Part shown: positions 9,333-17,325 of the stretch, in pieces
How positions within the stretch are numbered: the first letter of the stretch is position 1
How the letters are laid out: each line of letters opens with the position of its first letter
Source: Vibrio vulnificus CMCP6
GTDB lineage: Bacteria; Pseudomonadota; Gammaproteobacteria; Enterobacterales; Vibrionaceae
DNA length: 32,000 bases
Direction: 5' to 3'
NCBI RefSeq assembly: GCF_000039765.1
Contig: NC_004460.2
Coordinates: 990,001-1,022,000, forward strand
Made by a program: the position numbers and the translations under genes
The notes under the pieces: generated by a model
What the model saw: only the letters and a program-made list of their open reading frames with translations
What the model was told of the DNA's origin: nothing
Databases searched by the model: none

Positions 9333-10973
9333 CTAAGGCAGCGCTTGTGCCTCAAACGTGGCAGGCACAATACGAGAACCATTGTTCTCTACAATTTCCA
9401 TTATGCCTAAGTGTAGCTCCTGCGCAGCCACTTGGTAGACGGGCAAACTTTTGCTGCCAATGTAGGCAAACACGTTGATTTCCAACCCATGTGCACCAAA
9501 GCCTCGAAAGGTGACTCGCAATGGTTTTTTATCCACTTTTTCGTGATTTTCCAGCAGCGCTTTGATCTCTTCAATGATGGTTTTCAACTGTGCTGTAGTG
9601 GTGCAGTAATCCAAACGAATATCGGTTTTAAAGCGAATTTTCTCTCGCTCGGAGATGTTTTCGATCTCCATTTCCGCCAGTTTTGCGTTGGGCACGTGAA
9701 TCACTGTGCGGTCAATAGTACGCACTCGGGTGCAGCGTAAACCAATCTCTTCAACGGTGCCTCGGATGCCTCCAAAGCTACACAGGTTCCCCACTTTCAC
9801 TGGCGCCGCAGAGTAGAGCGTCATGGTGCCAATGAAGTTCTCTAATGACTGTTTCGATGCCAGCGCCAGTGCCACGCCACCAACCCCCATACCAGCCAAC
9901 AACGCCGTTGCATTGAAGCCGTGGTATTCCATCCATGACAGTACCGCAAACACCAACAAGATAATGCGGAAGAAAGTGAGAAATGGCCTGACCATCGCTG
10001 CGCTTTGCTTGTTGCCTTTGTCGATTAGCCGCTCACGCATCACGTATTGCAGCAGACCAATCAACGCCCAACCTAGCCACAAACTGGCGAGGAAAAAGAG
10101 ATACCCATTATCGATTAGCTCGCGCGCTGTCACGGTTAAGGTGGTGTTTGAGAGCAGAGAGTGATCCAACCCTAGTGCAAGGAAAAACAGTAAAGGCCCG
10201 GACAACAAATTAGCCAGATCATCTTTCATCTTCATTTTACTGCGGCGAACAAGCCAGCTCGCGAGCAGGGCAAATGGCGTGATGACTAAAAAGGAGGCGC
10301 CAAGATAAGCCGAAAGCAGCGCAATCTCCCACAGATTCAGTTTGAAAAGGTACCCACGTGGCACGTTGTCGATGAACCATTCACTCAGAGGCCCATAACC
10401 CAACTCTTCATATAATTTGGGAACCATGGTGACAGTCGCGTTCGACACTTTCCAAATTTTTCCTAGGCTTTTGCTCGGTACTTGCTGCAACAACAAGGTA
10501 ATTTCGGCGTCTTTAATGGTGATCACGCCAAAAGAGTCACGATACTCAGGCAAAAAATCATCATCGGCACCCGCAGGCGAATCACTGATGTCTTGTAAGT
10601 TGATCCAGACATTGCGCTCAATTATCGCATGCAGCTGCCGAGCATACTCCGCCCCTTGCTGAGGATTCAGATGAGAAGGTAAGTAACGCATATCAAGGTA
10701 TTTTGCGGCTTTCGCATAATCTTGCGCATAAGCGGCCACCAAAAAACCATTTAGAGCACCACGGGGCGTATCACGCTGTAAAGGGTCTTTATACTGATAA
10801 GGCAAAGTCAGATTTGCGTCTGTTGCGGCCGGAGCGCTGCTCGCCTCTTCCGTCATATTGAGCAATAAACTGCTCGGGATCGCTTGAACAATAGGAGAAA
10901 AAAAGCCAATAACGAGGAGTAGCACTCTAAGCGCGTTCAAAACCATGTCACATCCATTTGGGTTAGCATTCAC
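9333..10973 (-). CDS. MscS-family mechanosensitive ion channel with N-terminal signal peptide and periplasmic domain
   Basis: 546 aa; ALLAGMGVGGVALALASKQSLENFIGTMTLY...VGNLCSFGGIRGTVEEIGLRCTRVRTIDRTVIHVPNAKL is a strong MscS signature. Confidence 0.92.
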   Translation of the reverse strand: MNANPNGCDMVLNALRVLLLVIGFFSPIVQAIPSSLLLNMTEEASSAPAATDANLTLPYQYKDPLQRDTPRGALNGFLVAAYAQDYAKAAKYLDMRYLPSHLNPQQGAEYARQLHAIIERNVWINLQDISDSPAGADDDFLPEYRDSFGVITIKDAEITLLLQQVPSKSLGKIWKVSNATVTMVPKLYEELGYGPLSEWFIDNVPRGYLFKLNLWEIALLSAYLGASFLVITPFALLASWLVRRSKMKMKDDLANLLSGPLLFFLALGLDHSLLSNTTLTVTARELIDNGYLFFLASLWLGWALIGLLQYVMRERLIDKGNKQSAAMVRPFLTFFRIILLVFAVLSWMEYHGFNATALLAGMGVGGVALALASKQSLENFIGTMTLYSAAPVKVGNLCSFGGIRGTVEEIGLRCTRVRTIDRTVIHVPNAKLAEMEIENISEREKIRFKTDIRLDYCTTTAQLKTIIEEIKALLENHEKVDKKPLRVTFRGFGAHGLEINVFAYIGSKSLPVYQVAAQELHLGIMEIVENNGSRIVPATFEAQALP

Positions 10974-11341
10974 AGGCGAAGTTTATAGTTGCAATCTCGC
11001 GCTGACCAGAAATAGTTAACAATGTTAATGAATTGCCATCTTCACGCGTCGCAAGAGACAAAATGCGCGCAAGTTAATGTGCACTTTTCATTAAAAATGA
11101 AAATAAATTGAAAAATATGAACATGATATTCGTATGATTAAACGTAAAATCCACATATAAAGTAAGCATAATTTCAACAATTCTGGAATCTATGATTACT
11201 GAATTTACATTTTAACAAAGGTAACAAAGGTGTTACTTTACACAGCGCTGGTCAGACTGATTCGAAGCGTCCAATCCCTTGAAAGCTTCTTGACAGGAAC
11301 AAAATGGATTTTTTGGCGACCATCTCCAAAATGAATAGACA

Positions 11342-11398
11342 CACCAAATATGGTGCCCTTTTTGCCCACGTAACAGCCTATACGTGGGCTTTCTTTTT
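11342..11398 (+). terminator. Rho-independent terminator (two hairpins) on + strand with no obvious upstream gene
   Basis: CACCA-AATA-TGGTG-CCCTTTTT at 11342-11363, then GCCCACGTA-ACAGCCTA-TACGTGGGC-TTTCTTTTT at 11364-11398. Confidence 0.75.
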
Positions 11399-11466
11399 GC
11401 CTGTACCTCAAACATTTACGTCTTACAAAAACGCATTACATTAGAGGAGAAGAGCAACCAATTCCA

Positions 11467-11736
11467 TTACGACTTAGTTTGATCCACTTTCTGACACTTA
11501 ATGTGCACTAACTGTTCTTGTTCTTCTTTAATGTGCTTCACGAGTTTAGCGTCACGCTCTTCAATCGCTTTTGCATTCTCTTGGTTAATGCTGACGATCG
11601 CTTCTTGTTTCATGGCACTCATATCGTATTTCAGTTCTTCACTCCATTGAGTTGTTTCAAGGGAATTAGCCTGTACTACGGACGATGCTGCAAGGATTGC
11701 AATCAGACTAGGAACGAAGAGAATTGAACGTTTCAT
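11467..11736 (-). CDS. Small secreted hypothetical protein
   Basis: 89 aa with a clear signal peptide (MKRSILFVPSLIAILAASSVVQA^NS) and an SD-like GAGGAAAT upstream. No family recognised. Confidence 0.7.
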   Translation of the reverse strand: MKRSILFVPSLIAILAASSVVQANSLETTQWSEELKYDMSAMKQEAIVSINQENAKAIEERDAKLVKHIKEEQEQLVHIKCQKVDQTKS

Positions 11737-12036
11737 ATTTATTTCCTCACGCTTTGGATTTTTATTACCAACTGCATTCTAGATTGCACTATGCGTGCCA
11801 ATTTTATAAATGATACATATCAATCACTTACAGTTATGCAAAATATCAATCAATCGAAGCGTTGGCGAAATTTACAAACTGTGTGCAAATTTTACCAATT
11901 GTTTCCAACTCACTTTTGCATCGGTGATGCTCACAAAGTGTTCTACCTGCTGATTCACATGCTGATGATCTTTTTTGTGGTGCTATCTAAAGCGTAGAGG
12001 CTGTTGTCACTTTGTGCTCACCGTAAAACGCAAGGC

Positions 12037-12063
12037 ATAAAAAATGCCGCTCGTAAGCGGCAT
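12037..12063 (-). terminator. Rho-independent terminator of the RND operon
   Basis: On the - strand, ATGCCGCT-TACG-AGCGGCAT followed by TTTTTT. Confidence 0.85.
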
Positions 12064-12083
12064 GGGATAATGATAAATCAGCC

Positions 12084-15000
12084 TTAAGCGTTCGCTTTAC
12101 GCAGTGAGGAGAAGCGTCGCCATGGATAGCAGAGACCACGCCATACTTTGCCGAGCAGATGTTTAATGTCTTCCAAGATCAAGTAAAGACATGGCACTAA
12201 CACCAGCGTCAGCAAGGTAGCAAAGAGCACAGCAAACCCCAGAGCGACAGCCATTGGAATGACAAATCTCGCCTGCAAGCTGGTTTCGAACATGATCGGT
12301 AACACCCCAACAAAGGTGGTGATCGAGGTCAGTGTGATCGCGCGAAAACGTGCGCAACCCGCCTGCACCACCGCATCTTTGATCGACATTCCTTCACGGC
12401 GCACTTGGTTAACATAATCCGTCATGACCAGAGAATCATTGATCACGACCCCCGCAGCCGCAATGAGGCCGAAGGTGGACATCATACTGATATCGAGACC
12501 CAACCAGTAATGACCCCAAATGGCCCCAGTGAGACTAAACGGAATAACCGACATCACTATTAACGGCTGCGTATAACTCTTCAGTGGTACTGCCAGCAAG
12601 ATATAAACAATGATCATCCCCGCGACAAAGAAAATGATCTGCTCATTACGCTGCGCTTGCTGTTCCTCAATGCTGCCACCAAGCTCCGTTCGGACGCCAG
12701 GGAATTTCTCTTTCAATTCAGGCAATAACGACTCCCGTACGGTTTTCACCACTTCGTTTGGCTCGACCACTTCCTCATCGATGGAGCCGTAAACATAAAC
12801 GGTTTTGTAGCCTTGCTCACGACGAATACTGCTCACGCCCGGCTGCTCATCAATGGTCACGACATCACCGAGCATCACTTTCTTGCCAGTGGGCGTGGTG
12901 ATCACCGCGTAACGAAGTGAGGCAAACGCCTCACGCGTCAATTTCGGATAACGCACCATCACCTTCAGCTCTTCTCCATCGCGGATAAAACGTTGTGCTT
13001 CGCCGCCATAAAAACTGCCACCAACTTGTTCAGCAATCATGGTGAGATCTAAGCCCAAGTCATAAGCCACAGGAGCCAGAGAGAGCAGTACTTCTTTACT
13101 TCCTGAATCAATGCTTGAGGAGATATCAAACAGGCCATTTTGCTCCTGCAAACGCGTGATCAGGTAACGCCCTGCCGCATTGAGCTGCTCAATATCCGTG
13201 CCAAAGAGGCGATAGCCAAACTCATCACCATCATCGCCACTGTTGGTGGCATCACGAATAGTGAGGCTTTTTACCCCCGCGAGAGTGGGCAGTTTTTCAC
13301 GCCACATTCTTGAAAGTTCAAAGGTATTAAATGGGCGAAGCTCTTCATCCACCAAGGGCACGACTATGCGCCCTTCGGTGCGTCCTCGGTTGTATGAAAG
13401 CATGTCGCGTATCATGCCACGTCCATGTTGCGCGATGGTCTCCTCTTCAACCTCGTTGATCACTCGCTCAATCTGTTTCAACGCGTCAATGGTCTGCTCA
13501 CTGGAAACGTTGTCGTTCATTTTCACCGTCACCGCAGGAAAATCCGTCGGCACTTTCGGGTTCATGATGATGCGAACATGATTGGAAGTGACCAAACCAA
13601 CACTGATCACCAATAAAACCACAAAAAACGCCATCACACTCCAACGCCAATGAGTGCATTTGCGCACAAAGCGCTGGTAAGGCCCATTCACGAAACCAAA
13701 GAAACGTGTATTGAAGCGAGCACGCCAGCCATCTGGTTTGATGGGGCTAAATTTGGTGTGCGCTAAGTGAGCCGGAAGAATCAATTTAGACTCAATCAAG
13801 CTGAAAATAAGGCAGAGCATCACAACCGCCGCAATGCCGACAAAAAACGCGCGCTCAGGGCCTGATGACATCAAAAATGGGGCGAACACCGCAATGGTGG
13901 TGAGGACGCCAAAAGTCGCGGGTGTTGCCACCTTTTTCACCCCAGTGATGACATTGTCAACGCCACCGCCTTTTTTCTCGATTTCACTGTAGGCGCTTTC
14001 GCCTATGACAATCGCATCATCCACCACAATGCCCAGCACCATAATGAAGGCAAACAGTGAAACGATGTTGATCGTCACGCCAATAAAAGGCATCACCATC
14101 ACCGCGCCAAGGAAACAAACGGGCAAGCCAATCATTACCCACAACGCTAAGCGCACACGCAAGAAAATACTCAACATGATGGCAACTAAAACGGCCCCTT
14201 GCAGGAGGTTTTTCAGCATCATGTCCAAACGCCCTTGCAAGTAATAAGTCATGTCGACCAGTGTTTTGATTTGCAAATCATCGGGTAGCAGCTCATTTTT
14301 ATGCGCAATGTAAGCTTTGACCGATTCAGCGACTGGGATCATGTCCTGATCTTTGGTCGCCTTCACCGACAAATAAATCGCATTTTGCCCCGAAAACTGG
14401 AAGTAACGCTCAGCTTCGGTAAAGCCATCTTTTATGGTCGCAATGTCTTGCAGTAAGACTTTCGCGCCATTGGCGCCTAACTTGACGGGAATATTGCGAA
14501 ACTCTTCCCCTTTGTAGTACTGGTTTTCAATCCTCACGGCAATCATGCCAGCGCTCGTGCTCACTTCACCCGCGGAGTAGTTCGCGGAATAGCGGCGAAT
14601 CGCGTTAGTTACGTCGTTTAAGGTCAGGTCATATTTGCGCAGCACGAGCGGATCCACTTCAATCGCAATTTCCTCTTCTGGCGCACTCAATTCCACCAGC
14701 ATGACGTTTTGCAATTGCAGCAGCTCATCTTCGATCTTCTTCGCGATCGGTTTGAGCTCTTCCAATGGCCGATCTCCAACTAACGACAGTTCAATCACAT
14801 CTTGGCGAAACTCATATTGATAGATGTTGACGGGCTCCATGCCTTTCGGAAAGCTCGCAATGGTGCTGATTCTCTGTTTCACATCATCCAACACCTCTTT
14901 GATGTCGGCTTTGACGTTGATCTCCAATGAGATATGCGCGTTGCCGCGCGAGGCGGTAGAAACGGCTTGCTTGATACCCGTCACGTCTTTGAGTGACTCT

Positions 15001-15221
15001 TCCATCTTGAGCAAAATGCTCTCTTCAATCTCTTGAGGAGAAGCACCCGGATAGCTAGCGCTAACGTTGATGTAATTCACTTCAATGTTCGGAAACATCT
15101 GACGTTGAATGAAAAAGAAACTGACGATCCCCATGATGATGATGAACACCATCAGTAGGTTGGCCGCCACTGAGTTGTGCGCGAAATAGCTGATCAGGCC
15201 GCGCTGTTGGTTAGATTCCAT
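12084..15221 (-). CDS. RND-superfamily efflux transporter permease (HAE1-like)
   Basis: 1045 aa; two-fold RND architecture; TM4 motif IMVLGIVVDDAIVIGES; FFIQRQMFPNIEVNYINVSASYPGASPQEIEE; HYWLGLDISMMSTFGLIAAAGVVINDSLVMTD. Confidence 0.95.
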   Translation of the reverse strand: MESNQQRGLISYFAHNSVAANLLMVFIIIMGIVSFFFIQRQMFPNIEVNYINVSASYPGASPQEIEESILLKMEESLKDVTGIKQAVSTASRGNAHISLEINVKADIKEVLDDVKQRISTIASFPKGMEPVNIYQYEFRQDVIELSLVGDRPLEELKPIAKKIEDELLQLQNVMLVELSAPEEEIAIEVDPLVLRKYDLTLNDVTNAIRRYSANYSAGEVSTSAGMIAVRIENQYYKGEEFRNIPVKLGANGAKVLLQDIATIKDGFTEAERYFQFSGQNAIYLSVKATKDQDMIPVAESVKAYIAHKNELLPDDLQIKTLVDMTYYLQGRLDMMLKNLLQGAVLVAIMLSIFLRVRLALWVMIGLPVCFLGAVMVMPFIGVTINIVSLFAFIMVLGIVVDDAIVIGESAYSEIEKKGGGVDNVITGVKKVATPATFGVLTTIAVFAPFLMSSGPERAFFVGIAAVVMLCLIFSLIESKLILPAHLAHTKFSPIKPDGWRARFNTRFFGFVNGPYQRFVRKCTHWRWSVMAFFVVLLVISVGLVTSNHVRIIMNPKVPTDFPAVTVKMNDNVSSEQTIDALKQIERVINEVEEETIAQHGRGMIRDMLSYNRGRTEGRIVVPLVDEELRPFNTFELSRMWREKLPTLAGVKSLTIRDATNSGDDGDEFGYRLFGTDIEQLNAAGRYLITRLQEQNGLFDISSSIDSGSKEVLLSLAPVAYDLGLDLTMIAEQVGGSFYGGEAQRFIRDGEELKVMVRYPKLTREAFASLRYAVITTPTGKKVMLGDVVTIDEQPGVSSIRREQGYKTVYVYGSIDEEVVEPNEVVKTVRESLLPELKEKFPGVRTELGGSIEEQQAQRNEQIIFFVAGMIIVYILLAVPLKSYTQPLIVMSVIPFSLTGAIWGHYWLGLDISMMSTFGLIAAAGVVINDSLVMTDYVNQVRREGMSIKDAVVQAGCARFRAITLTSITTFVGVLPIMFETSLQARFVIPMAVALGFAVLFATLLTLVLVPCLYLILEDIKHLLGKVWRGLCYPWRRFSSLRKANA

Positions 15222-15232
15222 CCTGCGCTCCT

Positions 15233-16393
15233 TTAGCCTTGATTTGCTGCGTCAGCGTTTTTTGCCTGAGAGAGCTTTACCGACATGCCTTTTTGTGGAT
15301 ATTCCGGCACCGTGAGCACCAGTTTATCGCTCTGCTCAATACCCTCTGAAATCAGGACAAATTCACCTTCTGAACGCAATACATTGACGGTTCTTGGATA
15401 GAGCTGGTTTTCCTCGTTCACGACCCAAACCGTGCGGTTGCTAACCAGTTCTTGCGGCAAGCGATAGATGTGTTTGAGCTCTTTGCCTGCAAATTGCACC
15501 TCCACGTAGGAGCCGAACTTGATCGCCGGCTTTTGCGAATTAATGCCATACGGGTCATCAATACGAACCACAACGTTGATCATGCGTGTGGCGGAATCAA
15601 TCATCGCTAAGTCACGGTCAATGTTGCCCTCTCGTTCGACTTGGCGAAGCCCCTGCAAACGAATGGTGGCACGAATGTTCGACAGTTTTTCAGGCAAGAA
15701 AGCACTGTCAAAGCCAGCAATAGGAATGTGAATTTCAGCCGCTTCAATATTGTTGAGTAGCGCAACTTCACTGCCTGCGGAAATAAATTGGCCAACCCCT
15801 ATTTGTCGTGAGACGACTAACGCGTCGTACGGGGCGACCACCTTACAGTTTTCCAGATCGCGCTCTGCTCGTTTGAGCGATGCCAGTGCCGATTTCACCT
15901 GGGCTTCCGCGCTGAGCAATTGTGGCTTACGCAAATAGAGATCAGACACTTGTTTGTCGTTCAGGTTTTTGGCTTGGCGCTCAGCAACTTTCGCTTTCGC
16001 TTTTTCCTCGATCAACGCCGCTTTTGCCGACGCTAACTCCGCTTCGGCTTGTAACACAGCCGCTTGGTAGTTATCCGATTCAATGGAAAACAGCACCTCT
16101 CCACGCTTTACAATTCCCCCCGTAACAAAGTTCGGGTGCCAAGACACCACCTCACCAGAGACTTGCGCAGACAAACGGGTCGTTTCAAAAGGCACCAACT
16201 CGCCATGACTGGTGATCATCACCTTGTGTTCCGTTGGGAACAGTGGGGCCGTTTCGACAATGGTTTCGGCCACAGCCTCTTTTTTATCGTCTGTTTCCGG
16301 CCCCGATGCAGCGATGGCTTGATAAGCAACGTATCCGCCCCCCAACAGGGCGACAGGCAAAATCCAACGAGCGACATTGTGTAACATGAGCAT
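15233..16393 (-). CDS. RND efflux periplasmic adaptor (membrane fusion) subunit
   Basis: Signal-anchor; ARLSAQVSGEVVSWHPNFVTGGIVKRGEVLFSIESDNYQAAVLQAEAELASAKAAL; ENCKVVAPYDALVVSRQIGVGQFISAGSEV. It ends 11 nt upstream of the permease start. Confidence 0.93.
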   Translation of the reverse strand: MLMLHNVARWILPVALLGGGYVAYQAIAASGPETDDKKEAVAETIVETAPLFPTEHKVMITSHGELVPFETTRLSAQVSGEVVSWHPNFVTGGIVKRGEVLFSIESDNYQAAVLQAEAELASAKAALIEEKAKAKVAERQAKNLNDKQVSDLYLRKPQLLSAEAQVKSALASLKRAERDLENCKVVAPYDALVVSRQIGVGQFISAGSEVALLNNIEAAEIHIPIAGFDSAFLPEKLSNIRATIRLQGLRQVEREGNIDRDLAMIDSATRMINVVVRIDDPYGINSQKPAIKFGSYVEVQFAGKELKHIYRLPQELVSNRTVWVVNEENQLYPRTVNVLRSEGEFVLISEGIEQSDKLVLTVPEYPQKGMSVKLSQAKNADAANQG

Positions 16394-16819
16394 CCTTATT
16401 CTGTGTTTTATTTACCTCGCTAAAACGTCACGCCAGCGAGGTATTGTTATGTTTTACGTTTCTCTCTTCGATTCGATCTCAAATCCACTTGCCGAACACA
16501 CTTCAATAGGCAAGATTCATATCAAAAACTCAAAAGATAGACAGCGTAAATACCTTGAAATTCCCTTTTTGTAACAATTTTTGTGCCAAATGTTATTTAT
16601 CTATTTTTCAATTACTTACAAAATAAAGCATTCAAAATGAAAATAATTGGCGCGAATATCGCTCACTTTTGGTCATATTTGCCAAACGCATCTTCACGCT
16701 GATGCCACCATGACTTTGGGCATTTTCTCGTTCAATAAGCACCAGAGTCGGTTTGAAAGGCGGCTTTTTATAACCTATTTTCAAAGGTATGAATGGTTTA
16801 TGCATCGCTGGAGATGACA

Positions 16820-17317
16820 ATGAAATTTGCTTGGCTAATCGGGATACTCGCTCTGCTCCCAACATTGTGTTTGGCACAAATTTACCCTCCTCCCCAGGGT
16901 GAAGTTTTACTGACCATTAGTGGCAACATTGACAACCGCAACTCTCCGGATGGCTTTGTGCTTGATAGAGAAACGCTCGCTTCTTTTGAGCAAGTGACCA
17001 TTCAAACTGACAATCATGTTGTCGCCTCCGTTTATCAATACCAAGGCCCACGGCTGTCGGATCTACTGAGTTATGTCGGTGCAAAAGGCAGCGAGTTGAT
17101 TGTATTGGCGTGGGATGATTACGTCGCCACTATTCCAATCGAGGATGTGACCAATTACCCCGTGATCCTCGCCACGCACGAAAATGGCAAAGTCATGACG
17201 ATTGACGATAAAGGCCCGCTATTTGTGGTGTATCCCTTTAGTGACAACCCGGAGTTACGCTTTGACCTTTACTACAATCGCTCCGTTTGGCAAGTCCGTG
17301 AAATCAAAGTGGAATGA
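16820..17317 (+). CDS. Small periplasmic protein of the molybdopterin-oxidoreductase-like (sulfite-oxidase fold) type, no Cys in mature part
   Basis: Signal peptide MKFAWLIGILALLPTLCLA^Q; VLLTISGNI...DRETLASFEQVTIQT...YQGPRLSDLLSYVGAKGSELIVLAWDDYVATIPIEDV resembles reduced Oxidored_molyb-like domains. The ATG at 16820 is preferred over 16793. Confidence 0.7.
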   Translation: MKFAWLIGILALLPTLCLAQIYPPPQGEVLLTISGNIDNRNSPDGFVLDRETLASFEQVTIQTDNHVVASVYQYQGPRLSDLLSYVGAKGSELIVLAWDDYVATIPIEDVTNYPVILATHENGKVMTIDDKGPLFVVYPFSDNPELRFDLYYNRSVWQVREIKVE

Positions 17318-17325
17318 GGAAATTA

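Noticed and set aside
11233-11415. Minus-strand 60-aa ORF MFEVQAKRKPTYRLLRGQKG...
   Set aside because: It spans the + strand terminator and the direct repeat, has a biased composition, and has no convincing SD. Better explained as non-coding sequence around a + strand transcript.
12163-15036. Multiple + strand ORFs of 60-112 aa antisense to the RND permease
   Set aside because: They are antisense reading frames of a strongly supported 1045-aa permease and carry no domain-like sequence. They are typical shadow ORFs.
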